64,000 bases of DNA, taken from NCBI GenBank assembly GCA_965223905.1, contig CBDCXV010000001.1, forward strand, positions 1,280,001 through 1,344,000, written 5' to 3'. Shown here one piece after another: positions 39,990 through 50,347 of this stretch; position 1 is the stretch's first letter, and each line of letters begins with the position of its first letter. Position numbers and translations under genes: made by a program. The notes beneath the pieces were generated by a model. It was not told the origin of the DNA. It worked only from the letters and a program-made list of their open reading frames with translations, and did not search any database. Source of the DNA: Candidatus Latescibacterota bacterium. Lineage in GTDB: Bacteria; Latescibacterota; UBA2968; UBA8231.

Positions 39990-40183
39990 CGGCCCCGCCC
40001 GTTACCCCGCCTCGAGGTCCGGGCTCCCGCCCCGCAGCATCGACTGCCGTGGCAAGGCGGAAACCCTTCACATTCAGCCTCTTCCCGCCTTTACCGGCAG
40101 CTGTCGATGGCAGAGATTTTTCCTTCTGCATTAGAGTTCGATATCAGCCGTTTCACCACTTCCGTAAGCCAGAGGTATGTCTC

Positions 40184-41803
40184 ATGAATCTGAATTGCAA
40201 ACGGTGTTCCGGGGCCAGGTACGGCTGCTCCCATGACCGGGGATTCGCGGCGCGAACCATCCGGCCGGCGGCCTTTTTTCTCGGCGCCTTCTGGCGGTAT
40301 GGACGGCTCCCGGGGCCGCGCAGGAGAACGCCGAGTCGTGCGCAAACGGAGTTGTTGTCCCTGAACCGGAGAACAACCCCGACCTGGTGGCGGACTGCGA
40401 GGTGTTGCTGGCCCTGCGAGACCGCTATGCCGAGGACGCCGACCTGGAGTGGAGCGCGGACACCCCGATCACCGAGTGGGAAGACATTGTGGTCGAGGAT
40501 TTCGTCCTGACCGAGCTGGCTCAGCTCCCCCGGCTGAAGGTGCTGTTCCTCAAGAACAACGAGCTGACCGGGACGTTTCCGACCGAGCTGCTCGCCATGA
40601 CGAACCTCACGGACCTGAGCCTCAGCCAGAACGAGCTGACCGGCACGATCCCGCCGGAGCTGAGCCAGCTGACGAACCTCGAGGGGCTGGGTATCAGCAA
40701 CAACGAGCTGACCGGGTTGGCGAACCTCGAGTGGCTCGGCCTCCACAGGAACCAGCTGTCCGGCACGATTCCGCCGGGGCTGGGCGAGGTGACGACGCTG
40801 GAGGGGCTGGACCTCGACAACAACGAGCTTACCGGCGGGATTCCCCCCGAGCTGGGCAATCTCGAAAACCTGACGGCGCTGTTGCTCCACACCAACGAGT
40901 TGACGGGCGATATCCGGCCGAGCTCGGGCAGCTGGAAAACCTGCAGTTCCTGTGGCTGAACGACAACGACCTGTCCGGCTCCATTCCCACCGAGCTCGGC
41001 CAGTGACGAGCCTCGAACTGCTGGGCATTCACAAGAACGATTTGAGCGGACCCATTCCACCCGAGCTGGGGAAACTGGAGAACCTGGAATGGCTGGACCT
41101 CGACACCAACGAGCTGTCAGGACCTGTCCCGGCGGAGCTGGGCCGACTGGAAAACCTGGAGGGGATGATACTGCACACCAACGAGTTGTCCGGATCGATT
41201 CCGCCGGAGCTGGGACAGCTGGCCAAGCTGGAAGACCTGCGACTGCACGAAAACATGCTGAGCGGCCCGATACCGATCGAGCTGGCCCAGCTATCCAGGC
41301 TGAAGGTGCTGTGGCTCAACGACAACGAGCTGACGGGGGAGATCCCTTCCGACCTGGCCCAGCTGACCAGGCTGGAAGACCTGCGCTTCGGCGGTAACCA
41401 GTTCAGCGGGTGCGTGCCGGAGGAGCTGAAGGAATGGGCCGAGGAGATGCCGGTCTGCGGCGAGGACACCGCGGTGATAACCGAGCTGGGCGGCTTGCCC
41501 GCGGCCAGCGGCCTCGATCCCAATTACCCCAACCCCTTCAACGGCGTCACCCGGATCACCTACCGCCTCGCCGACCCCGGGCCGGTGCGGCTCGACGTCT
41601 ACAACGTGCTGGGCCAGCCGGTGCATACCCTGGTGAGCGAGGTCCAGGCCGCGGGGGTGTACCAGGTCTCCTGGGACGCCCGCGACCAGCGGGGCGCGGA
41701 GGCAGGGACGGGAGTCTACCTCGCCCGCCTGCAGTACCCCCGGCGGGGTGCAGACGAGGCAGTTGCTCTACCTCCGGTAGCCGCCGGAGGCGCGCGGCAA
41801 TGA
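40184..41803 (+). pseudogene. Plant-type LRR protein with C-terminal FlgD-Ig/T9SS-like sorting domain, multiply frameshifted
   Basis: LxxLxLxxNxLxGxIPxELG repeats; PNYPNPFN...YNVLGQ...GVYLARL; frame breaks near 40915, 41005 and 41740; 5' limit approximate. Confidence 0.85.
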
Positions 41804-42891
41804 CCAGTAACCTCGGTTCCAGTGAGGACCGGCTCCTGCGCGTCGGCGTTCTCGGCTGCGGCCCGATCGCCCAGATGGCCCACCTCGAGGCCTGCCGCAA
41901 GGCGCGCAACACCGAGCTCTACGCCATCTGCGACGCCGCGGAGGACCTGGTAGAAAAAATGGCCGCGGTGCACGAGCCCGCCGTGGCCTACTGCGACTAC
42001 GCCGGCATGCTCGCCGACCCCCGGGTGGAGGCCGTCGTCATCGCCACCAGCGACCCGTTCCACGTCCCGCTGAGTCTGGAAGCGGTCGCCGCGGGCAAGC
42101 ACGTCCTCGTCGAGAAGCCGCTCGGCACCTCCGTCGAGGAGTGCGAGGAGCTGCGCGCCCGCGTCCGCGAGGCCGGGGTGACCCTTCAGGTCGGCAACAA
42201 CTGGCGCTTCGACCCCGGCTTCCGCTTCGCCGGGGACTTCATCGCCGCGGAGATGGGGGAGCGCATCGCGATCAAGGTGTGGTACTACGACTCGGCCGAC
42301 CGCTACACCATGACGGACAACCTGCTGCCCGTGATCGCCGCCAGCGAAAGTTCGCGGCGGCCCGGGGTCGATCCCAGGGCGGACCGCCGGCGCTACCTGC
42401 TGATGACGCACGGCGCCCACGCCCTCGACGCCGCCCGCTTCGCCGGGGGGGAGATCGCCGCGGTCAGCGCCCGCCATCTCCTGCGCGCCGGTTCCCATTG
42501 CTGGTTCGTCGCCATCGAGTACGCCGACGGTTGCCTCGGCCACCTCGATCTCTGCATACCGCAGCGCGGCGACGTCGAGTTCGGGTTCCGCGCCATCGGC
42601 GAGCACGGCAGCGTCCTCGCCCGGGGCGGGCTGATCTGGTATCACAAGTCGAGCTACGTCGAGTGCTTCTCGCAGAAAGACGGGGTCTACCGCCGTCCCC
42701 TCGGGGAGGACGCCTACTCGTACCGGCTGCAGCTCGAAGGGTTTGCCGGCACCATTCTCGAGGGGGAGCCGCAGCACGGCGCCGATGCCGACGACGGCAC
42801 CGCGGCCGTGCGCGCCCTCGCGGCGGTCTCGCAATCTTCCAGGCGGGGGGGAGCGCGCGTCGCCGTCGCCGACGTCGAAGGAGGCGTATGA
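41800..42891 (+). CDS. Gfo/Idh/MocA oxidoreductase
   Basis: GVLGCGPIA, HVLVEKP, THGAH; RBS GGAGG. Confidence 0.92.
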   Translation: MTSNLGSSEDRLLRVGVLGCGPIAQMAHLEACRKARNTELYAICDAAEDLVEKMAAVHEPAVAYCDYAGMLADPRVEAVVIATSDPFHVPLSLEAVAAGKHVLVEKPLGTSVEECEELRARVREAGVTLQVGNNWRFDPGFRFAGDFIAAEMGERIAIKVWYYDSADRYTMTDNLLPVIAASESSRRPGVDPRADRRRYLLMTHGAHALDAARFAGGEIAAVSARHLLRAGSHCWFVAIEYADGCLGHLDLCIPQRGDVEFGFRAIGEHGSVLARGGLIWYHKSSYVECFSQKDGVYRRPLGEDAYSYRLQLEGFAGTILEGEPQHGADADDGTAAVRALAAVSQSSRRGGARVAVADVEGGV

Positions 42892-43721
42892 TGGAGCTGG
42901 GCATCTTCTCCAAACACTTCGAGCGCTCCCTCATGGGGGAGGTGTTCGACGCCGTCCGTTTTCACGGTCTCACCTGCGTCCAGTTCAACTTCGAGACCGC
43001 GGGCATGGAGACCCTGCCGGAGAGTATCGACGATCCGCTGTGCGGCCACGTCCGCGAACAGATGGCTCTGCGGGGGGTGTCGATGGCCGCGGTCTCCGGG
43101 ACCTTCAACATGATCCACCCCGACCTCGAGGAGCGGCGGCAGGGCCTGGAGCGCCTGCGCCTGCTGATCGCCGCCTGCCCGAAGCTGGGGGCGCCGGTGA
43201 TCACCCTCTGCACCGGCACCCGCAACCCCGGGCGCATGTGGGACCCCCACCAGGACAACGGCACCCCGGAGGCCTGGGACGACCTCGTCGAGTCGCTCGC
43301 CTCGGTGCTGCCGCTGGCCGAGGAGACCGGGGTCACCCTGGCCTTCGAGCCGGAAGTCGCCAACGTCGTCGACTCCAGCCGCAAGGCGCGCCTCCTCCTC
43401 GATCAGCTCGCCTCGCCCCGGCTCGGGGTCGTCATCGACGGCGCCAACATCTACCACGAGGGGGAGCTGCCGTGCATGGGGGAGATTCTGAAGGAGGCGT
43501 TCGACCTGCTCGCCGGCGACGTCGCCCTGGCCCACGCCAAGGACCTCGACCGCGACGGCGAGGCGGGCAACCTCGCCGCCGGCACCGGGCTGCTCGACTA
43601 CGACCTCTACCTCTCCCTGCTGGGCAAGCTCGAGGAGCCGGTTCCGCTGATCCTCCACGGCCTCGACGAGGACCAGATCGCCGACAGCGTCGCCTTCCTG
43701 CGCTCCAGGCTGCCCGGCTGA
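42888..43721 (+). CDS. Sugar phosphate isomerase/epimerase (TIM barrel)
   Basis: LAFEPE, DGAN, AHAKD, GTGLLDY. Confidence 0.88.
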   Translation: MMELGIFSKHFERSLMGEVFDAVRFHGLTCVQFNFETAGMETLPESIDDPLCGHVREQMALRGVSMAAVSGTFNMIHPDLEERRQGLERLRLLIAACPKLGAPVITLCTGTRNPGRMWDPHQDNGTPEAWDDLVESLASVLPLAEETGVTLAFEPEVANVVDSSRKARLLLDQLASPRLGVVIDGANIYHEGELPCMGEILKEAFDLLAGDVALAHAKDLDRDGEAGNLAAGTGLLDYDLYLSLLGKLEEPVPLILHGLDEDQIADSVAFLRSRLPG

Positions 43722-43726
43722 CGGCG

Positions 43727-44383
43727 ATGGCGCGCAGGCTCCGCTGCTCCGCTTCCCTCTGGTCCGCGGACCTGTCGCGGCTCGCCGGGGAGATTCGCCG
43801 AGTCGAGCCGTACTGCGAGCGCTTCCACCTCGACGTCGCCGACGGCCGCCTCGTCGACACCATGCTGTTCTTCCCCGATCTCGTGGCGGCGCTGCGGCCG
43901 CACACCCGGCTGCCGTTCGAGGTTCACCTGATCACCCGCGAGCCGCTGACCTGGGTCGAGCCGTTCGTCTCCGCAGGCGCCGACATCGTCATCTTCTACC
44001 CAGGAACCGGCAGCGGCAGCGCCGAAACGATCGCCGCGGTGCGTGAAGCCGGGGCCCTTCCCGGAGTCTCGCTCGCCCTCGGCGACGACCCCGGCCTGCT
44101 GGATCCGTTCTGGCCGCAGCTCGACGTCGTCACCGTCGTCGGTACGGAGATCGGCATCAAGGGTGCGGACATGGACCCGGCGGTACCCGGCCGCATCCGC
44201 CGCTGCCGCGCCGCCATCGACCGCGGCGGCCACCGGACCCTCGTCGAGGCGGACGGGGGGATCCGCCGCCACACCGTGCCGCTGATCGCCGCGGCCGGCG
44301 CCGACTTCATCGTCCCGGGATCGCTGATGTTCGGTGAGGATCCGGCGCAGATGCGCGCCTGGCTGGAGACTCTGCAGGCATGA
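43727..44383 (+). CDS. Ribulose-phosphate 3-epimerase family protein
   Basis: SLWSAD, FHLDVADG, EVHL, EADGGI, VPGS. Confidence 0.88.
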   Translation: MARRLRCSASLWSADLSRLAGEIRRVEPYCERFHLDVADGRLVDTMLFFPDLVAALRPHTRLPFEVHLITREPLTWVEPFVSAGADIVIFYPGTGSGSAETIAAVREAGALPGVSLALGDDPGLLDPFWPQLDVVTVVGTEIGIKGADMDPAVPGRIRRCRAAIDRGGHRTLVEADGGIRRHTVPLIAAAGADFIVPGSLMFGEDPAQMRAWLETLQA

Positions 44384-44658
44384 TTCACTCACCGCGGGTC
44401 GAGATCACGTACTGCGTCAAGTGCCGGTGGCTGCTGCGGGCGGCCTGGACCGCCCAGGAGCTGCTGACCACGTTCGCCGGGGAGCTCGGCGAGGTGGCGC
44501 TGGTTCCGGGGGATTCCGGGGTGTTCGAGGTGCGCGTCGGCGGCGAGCTGGTCTGGTCGCGCTCGGAACGCGGCCGCTTCCCGGAGATGAAGGAGCTCAA
44601 GCAGCTGGTTCGGGACCGCGTCAGCCCGGACAAGGACCTCGGCCACTCGGAGCGCTGA
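44380..44658 (+). CDS. SelT/SelW/SelH (Rdx) family protein
   Basis: ITYCVKCRWLLRAAWTAQELLTTF...GVFEV...FPEMKELKQLVRD. Confidence 0.93.
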   Translation: MIHSPRVEITYCVKCRWLLRAAWTAQELLTTFAGELGEVALVPGDSGVFEVRVGGELVWSRSERGRFPEMKELKQLVRDRVSPDKDLGHSER

Positions 44659-44826
44659 GCGCCGGCCTGTCTTGGTATGGGAAGGGTTTCTTCACCTCCG
44701 CGGTGGCCTGAGGATCTTGGTAGCCCTGACCGATCCGGGCTCGACCCGGCATAACGAGCTTCAGGAACTTGCCCGGCAGGGTGGGTGCTTTCAGTGCCTT
44801 GATTGAGGCTCCCAAAACGGTGTCTT

Positions 44827-45120
44827 ATGTTCGAGTTCGAATGGGATCCGGCCAAGGCGGCGAGCAATCTCCGGAAGCACGAGGTCAGTTTCGAAATTGC
44901 CGCAACGGTCTTTATGGATCCGTTCATGCAGTCGATTCCCGACGAGTATCACAGCGATTTTGAAGAGCGGTGGATAACTATGGGTCTCGCTTGTAACGGT
45001 CAGTTGTTGGTGGTTTCCCACACCTACACCGAAATGGACGGCGACAAGACATTGGTGCGGATCATCTCGGCTCGCACCTCCAACCCTAACGAGCGGCGTC
45101 AATTCGAGTCAGGGGAATGA
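44827..45120 (+). CDS. brnT: BrnT (DUF497) ribonuclease toxin
   Basis: FEWDPAKAASNLRKHEVSFE, EERWITMG, RIISAR, ERRQF. Confidence 0.93.
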   Translation: MFEFEWDPAKAASNLRKHEVSFEIAATVFMDPFMQSIPDEYHSDFEERWITMGLACNGQLLVVSHTYTEMDGDKTLVRIISARTSNPNERRQFESGE

Positions 45121-48100
45121 AGAGCGAATACGATTTTTCAAAAGGTGAGCGCGGCAGGTTCTACCGGGAAAACGCTAAGGTGAGCTTGCCCACTCTCGAA
45201 GAGAAGGCGGCATGGGTTGGCCCCGAAGGCCCGCTTGGTGAGTTCATTGTCAGGGAGACGAAGAAGACCCTCGATTCATATCGCGTGCAGCCACGCCTCG
45301 TAACCGAGCACTCCAACCAGGAATACGATACGGCCCACGGCGGATATGCTCGTCGGCAACTCTTCGAGCTAGTCCAGAACAGCGCGGACTCTTTGCTCGA
45401 CGCTCCTAATTTGCTCGACGCTCCTAATGGGAAGAGCATACTGATCCGCCTGACGAAACGCTTCCTCTACTGCGCCGACGATGGAAAACCCATCGCCGAG
45501 GACGGTGTGGTGGGGCTCATGTTCGACCGCATGTCGAGCAAACGGAACACCCTCGCAATCGGTAGGTTCGGGAAGGGGTTCAAATCGGTCCTGAAAGTAA
45601 CGGATGCTCCCGAGTTCTACAGCCGGTCAGGATCCTTTCGGTTCGACAGCACGCGCGCGGCACGGCAGATAGCGGAGATCGCGTCGGCTGAGCGCTACCC
45701 CGTGTTGCGTTTGCCAGAACCCATCGATCCCTGCAATGAGAGGGATGCCGACGAGGAAATGCAGGAACTGATGAGTTGGGCGACGAACATCGTCCGCCTG
45801 CCACTAGAACCCGGTGCGCATGACGACCTCGCCCAACAGATCAGGGACTTTCCGCCCGAATTTCTGCTTTTCGTCGATCACGTCCGTTATCTGACCCTTG
45901 AGGATGGAGAAGTCTCCCGGAGCTTCATCTTGCAGGATCGGCAGGGAGAGCTTCATCTCGATACCGACGAAGGGACTACGCGTTGGCGACTTTTCAAAAC
46001 AACCCATTCCCTTTCCCCGGAAGCACGGAGCGACTGGGTCTTGCACGAGGACAGCGGCAACGTGCCGATCTCGTGGGCGGCGCCGCTGGACCGCTTGGAT
46101 CGTCCCGGACATTTCTGGGCGTTCTTCCCGACCAGTACCGCGAGCCTCGTCGCCGGCATTTTGAATGCGCCGTGGAAGACTAATGAGGATCGTCAGAATC
46201 TATTGCCTGGGCTGTATAACGAAGAGTTGATCGAAGCCGCCGCGGCAATGATTGCCGAGACGCTCCCGAAACTCGCGACGAATGACGACCCGGTTCGACA
46301 TTTGGACGCACTGCCGCGCCGACGCCAAGGAGGCGATTCTGAACAGGCTGATCTCCTTCGAAAGCACCTGTTCCGGGGCCTTCACGAACGAGAAATTGTC
46401 CCTGACCAAGATGGAAATCTGAATGCCCGCAAGGATATCTCGTATCCCCCGAAGGAGCTGACCCGGAGCGACCAGATTGATGCAGCGCCCTTCGAGCGCT
46501 GGGCCGCATACCCTGGCCGCCCGCGCGATTGGCTTCACCACAGGGCGCTCACACGCAACCGGCTCGCCACCATCGACCGGCTGTATCACCCGGAAGGTGA
46601 GCCCCCTGGATGGTCATCGTCCGGCGCGCCGAGGGCCCCCGTGCACGAGTGGTTGCAGGCACTTGTAGAAGGCAAGGAAGCGGACGAGGCGATCCGAGCT
46701 TCAATGTGGGCGATCCAGACCGCCGTGCTCGTTCCGGGCGTGGCGCGCCGGGAAGTTAACTTGGCAAAAATCGTATTGACGGGGGACTGCAGCTGGCAGT
46801 CCCCCGATCCCGAACACCTTGTTCTGCCCGACGAGGCGTTTAGTGGGGGCGGCACCGAAGATCCAAAGGGGTGCGTTCACCCAAAACTGGCAGAGGACCA
46901 CGACACGCTTTCGGCGCTGAAAGAGTTGGGCCTCAAGCCGCCGTCTCCCGAGAGCAGGTTCAGACGCGTTGCAAGGAGCGTCCTTAGAAGCGGCGACGGT
47001 CAAGGGGCGGCCATTGGTCATGGCGAGTTCTGGGCCTCGGCGCGCAAGCTGTCGTTAGAGACCGTTGTGGACATTATTCGAGAACACAGAGACTTGAAAG
47101 GAGAACTCTGGCCAAGGAAACTCCGGGTTCGAACACGGGCGGGCGTTTGGAGACCGCTCCACTCCGTGCTGCTTCCAGGTGAAATCGTGCCTAGCGACGG
47201 AAGCCGGGACAACGACGTAACCGTGGATATCCGCTTCCATAAAACGGACGAAAACTTGCTGCGCGCCTTTAGAGTAACGGAGGCACTGAGTGACGGCTGC
47301 GATCTGTCGATAGAGCCATGGTTTCAGGATTTCTTGAAAGGATGCCGCAAGCGTTTCACCAGCCGCGACCTGAAAAGAAGTCCGCATTCACACCTATTGA
47401 ATTTCAAAACGAACATCGGTCACGGTCCCTTGGAAGTCCTTCGCCGTCTTTCGGGCGAAGGACGTTCGCGATACACGGATGTCCTGTTGTCCGATGATGC
47501 GACTTACAGAACGTGGACTATGCGTCACGACTCGTCGGATATTTATCCACCGCTCCCGTTCAAGTCGCCGGCGGTTTCCATGCTCCCAAAATATGGATGT
47601 ATCCAAACCACTGGCGGCATTGTTCCGCTGGCGTACGCGCTCGGACCGAACCCGAAGAGTCCGGAAGCCCTGCACGTGCTGCTTACCCATTCGAATGCTG
47701 ACAAGATCAAGGCAGTGTTTGATCTGGTGGAACCGACGCCGGTTTTCTTTGGAGAAGACGATCCTGTCCCATTGACAGATGTCTGGCCTGGACTTGGACA
47801 GCATCTTCCGGTGTATCGGAGAACCTGCAGTCTCATTCGCTGCGAGCGAATTCTCGTCATTGGAGAACCCCGCGAGTGCGTCTTTCACGCCTCCAATTTA
47901 TATCTCTCTGACTCCGTTGGTGATAACGAGTTACGAAAACTTCGGGTCGTCGTGAAGGAGCTGGAGTTGGGGCTTAACTTTCAACAGCTCGTCGCGATAC
48001 TGAACCGCAGGACACCGCAAGAGATCGAAAAGAGACGCGAGGCGATACGACAATGTTCAACCGACGCGGAACGTCTGCTGGCGACGGTGGGTGAAGAAGC

Positions 48101-49652
48101 AATACGTAAAGATCTTCCCGATTCTCTTATAGCTGTACTTGAGAGTTACGATCAAGAACTCACGGGTGCTGACCTCGCGGAGGCTGCCATAGCTACTTGG
48201 CACACTGATGCACTCAAGCAATACAGGTGGGCGTTGGATCATCTTGGCCCCCCATCACAATGGGCTGGCTCGCAGCGGGCTGTCGACTTCGTGCGGTCGC
48301 TCGGGTTCTCCCCCGAATGGGCCGGAGAGCGGGAGGAGAAACGCGATCCCTTTCTGGAAATCGAAGGCCCGTACTCCCTTCCGGGGCTTCATGCCTACCA
48401 GCGGACCATCGTCGACAAGGTCCGGAATATGCTGCGTAACGAACATGGGGACGGTGCCCAACGGCGCGGGATGATCAGCATGCCGACCGGCTCCGGTAAG
48501 ACGCGCGTCGCGGTACAGGCGATTGTCGAAGCCATCCGAGATGACGGCTTCCGTGGGGGCATCCTTTGGGTAGCGGACCGTGACGAGTTGTGCGAGCAGG
48601 CCGTGGAAGCATGGCGGCAAGTGTGGTCGAGCATCGGCACAGAAGGTGTTCAACTTCGAGTGTCTAGGATGTGGGCAGGGCAGCCCTCCCCAATGCCGAC
48701 GAACGATCTCCATGTTGTCGTCGCGACGATCCAGACGCTTAGTGCCCGACTCAACAAACAAACCAGCGATTACGAATTTCTAGCGGATTTCAATCTGGTC
48801 GTCTTCGACGAGGCGCATAGGTCGATTGCTCCGACTTTCACCTCGGTCATGAGGGAGATCGGTCTGACACGTTTCCAAAGGCCGAATGAGCCGTTTATGC
48901 TCGGGCTTACCGCCACGCCTTACCGCGGCCACGACGCGGAAGAGACAGCGTGGCTTGTTCGCCGTTACGGAAACAGGCGGCTCGATTCGGGAGCATTCGC
49001 AAGCGACGATGTCCAAGCCGTTATCCAGGAGTTGCAGGACAGGGGCGTGCTTGCCCAAGCGGACCATGAAACTATTGAGGGCGAGACGTTTCCACTCGAG
49101 GTGATTCTTGATGACTCACACGAAAAGGAAGAGTTGAAACGGATATTGGACGAATGGCAGACGCTACCTTGGCTACCGGAGAGGGTAGAGAAGCGCATCG
49201 CCCAGAGCGCCGAGCGAACCAAACGCATCATCGAAGCGTATGAAACCCATATTCATCCGGAATGGCCCACCCTTGTCTTCGCGACATCGGTCGAGCACAC
49301 CCAGACTGTGGCGGCACTCCTCAACAAGAGAGGTGTCCGGTCGCGCGCTGTCAGCGGAGAGACGGAAACTGCAACCCGCCGACATGTGGTGGAAGAGTTT
49401 CGGGGCGGCGAGGTCAGGGCGCTCGTCAACTACGGGGTATTCCGCGAGGGGTTCGACGCACCCAAGACCCGAGCCATCATTGTGGCTCGGCCAGTCTACA
49501 GCCCGAACCTCTATTTCCAGATGATAGGTAGGGGTTTGCGGGGACCATTGAACGGGGGCGACGACCGCTGCCTCATCCTCAACGTCCGAGACAACATCGA
49601 GAACTTCTACCGAAAGCTCGCTTTCTCCGAGTTGGATTGGCTTTGGGCCTGA
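45117..49652 (+). CDS. BrnA-like N-peptide + sacsin-like GHKL ATPase + SF2 (DEAH) helicase, 1511 aa
   Basis: MKSEYDFSKGERGRFY; ELVQNSAD, ADDG, IGRFGKGFKSV; MPTGSGKT, DEAH, LTATP, EGFDAP, QMIGRGLR. Confidence 0.9.
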   Translation: MKSEYDFSKGERGRFYRENAKVSLPTLEEKAAWVGPEGPLGEFIVRETKKTLDSYRVQPRLVTEHSNQEYDTAHGGYARRQLFELVQNSADSLLDAPNLLDAPNGKSILIRLTKRFLYCADDGKPIAEDGVVGLMFDRMSSKRNTLAIGRFGKGFKSVLKVTDAPEFYSRSGSFRFDSTRAARQIAEIASAERYPVLRLPEPIDPCNERDADEEMQELMSWATNIVRLPLEPGAHDDLAQQIRDFPPEFLLFVDHVRYLTLEDGEVSRSFILQDRQGELHLDTDEGTTRWRLFKTTHSLSPEARSDWVLHEDSGNVPISWAAPLDRLDRPGHFWAFFPTSTASLVAGILNAPWKTNEDRQNLLPGLYNEELIEAAAAMIAETLPKLATNDDPVRHLDALPRRRQGGDSEQADLLRKHLFRGLHEREIVPDQDGNLNARKDISYPPKELTRSDQIDAAPFERWAAYPGRPRDWLHHRALTRNRLATIDRLYHPEGEPPGWSSSGAPRAPVHEWLQALVEGKEADEAIRASMWAIQTAVLVPGVARREVNLAKIVLTGDCSWQSPDPEHLVLPDEAFSGGGTEDPKGCVHPKLAEDHDTLSALKELGLKPPSPESRFRRVARSVLRSGDGQGAAIGHGEFWASARKLSLETVVDIIREHRDLKGELWPRKLRVRTRAGVWRPLHSVLLPGEIVPSDGSRDNDVTVDIRFHKTDENLLRAFRVTEALSDGCDLSIEPWFQDFLKGCRKRFTSRDLKRSPHSHLLNFKTNIGHGPLEVLRRLSGEGRSRYTDVLLSDDATYRTWTMRHDSSDIYPPLPFKSPAVSMLPKYGCIQTTGGIVPLAYALGPNPKSPEALHVLLTHSNADKIKAVFDLVEPTPVFFGEDDPVPLTDVWPGLGQHLPVYRRTCSLIRCERILVIGEPRECVFHASNLYLSDSVGDNELRKLRVVVKELELGLNFQQLVAILNRRTPQEIEKRREAIRQCSTDAERLLATVGEEAIRKDLPDSLIAVLESYDQELTGADLAEAAIATWHTDALKQYRWALDHLGPPSQWAGSQRAVDFVRSLGFSPEWAGEREEKRDPFLEIEGPYSLPGLHAYQRTIVDKVRNMLRNEHGDGAQRRGMISMPTGSGKTRVAVQAIVEAIRDDGFRGGILWVADRDELCEQAVEAWRQVWSSIGTEGVQLRVSRMWAGQPSPMPTNDLHVVVATIQTLSARLNKQTSDYEFLADFNLVVFDEAHRSIAPTFTSVMREIGLTRFQRPNEPFMLGLTATPYRGHDAEETAWLVRRYGNRRLDSGAFASDDVQAVIQELQDRGVLAQADHETIEGETFPLEVILDDSHEKEELKRILDEWQTLPWLPERVEKRIAQSAERTKRIIEAYETHIHPEWPTLVFATSVEHTQTVAALLNKRGVRSRAVSGETETATRRHVVEEFRGGEVRALVNYGVFREGFDAPKTRAIIVARPVYSPNLYFQMIGRGLRGPLNGGDDRCLILNVRDNIENFYRKLAFSELDWLWA

Positions 49653-49695
49653 TTCTCACAGCTTTTTCCTAAGCCCATTCCGCGGCACCGCCCGA

Positions 49696-49815
49696 TCAGC
49701 CGAGCCCCGGAAGTCCTAAGGCTGTCGCGGCGGATGATCTCCTCGAGTCTGTCCCCAGGCACGCGCGGCATTTTCGTCCCTTCGACGATGCCGTTGACAC
49801 GGCGAATGCAGTCGA
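49696..49815 (-). repeat. Diverged copy of the amidohydrolase 3' end (cf. 50348-50465)
   Basis: DCIRRVNGIVEGTKMPRVPGDRLEEIIRRDSL vs DHVRRVNDIVEGTKLPRVPEDRLEEIIHRDSL. Confidence 0.93.
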
Positions 49816-50202
49816 CTATCCGCCCATCTGAGCCGTGCGCCTGACCATCCACTCTACGTAGCTCTTGCGGGTCATGCCGCGGCGCTTGGCTTCGGAATTG
49901 ATTACAGTGGCCACGCCGGCATCGACCACCAGGTTGAGCCGTACAGAGCGGCTGCGAGACGGACGAACCAGCAGGATCGTGGACAACGTGCTGTCGGCAG
50001 GAACATCAATAGCCTCAAGGGGGCTCGGGTCCGGAATCTCGTACCCGATCTCCTCCATACTATCCATCCAGTCCTGGAGTGCGTCCTCTGCATTGACCAT
50101 AGCCTCGTCCAAGGTGTGACCCATTGCCACACACCCAGGCAGGTCAGGGAAGACGACCCCGTAGGCCCCATCCTCACCATCGATCAAAATCGGATATCTC
50201 AT
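49816..50202 (-). CDS. hicB: HicB antitoxin with RHH-like C-terminus
   Basis: MRYPILIDGEDGAYGVVFPDLPGCVAMGHTLDEAMVNAEDAL. Confidence 0.92.
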   Translation of the reverse strand: MRYPILIDGEDGAYGVVFPDLPGCVAMGHTLDEAMVNAEDALQDWMDSMEEIGYEIPDPSPLEAIDVPADSTLSTILLVRPSRSRSVRLNLVVDAGVATVINSEAKRRGMTRKSYVEWMVRRTAQMGG

Positions 50203-50313
50203 GCTTTTTTCCCCCAGCCGGCATTTTTCGCAATGGACCGGGCTACGCCCGGCGAAACCAGTGCGGTGCATTGGGACAACAATAACAATGGTGTAGCCAA
50301 CTTTCCGCGCCAA
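50199..50313 (-). pseudogene. hicA: HicA toxin remnant (3' half, frameshifted)
   Basis: IVVPMHRT then, in a shifted frame, VSPGVARSIAKNAGW ending in an ATGA overlap with hicB; N-terminal half missing. Confidence 0.7.
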
Positions 50314-50347
50314 GCACCTCCAGTCGCAACGTCCCCTGCTCCTGCAA

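Noticed and set aside
44380-44658. Selenoprotein
   Set aside because: The motif is CVKC with no in-frame TGA.
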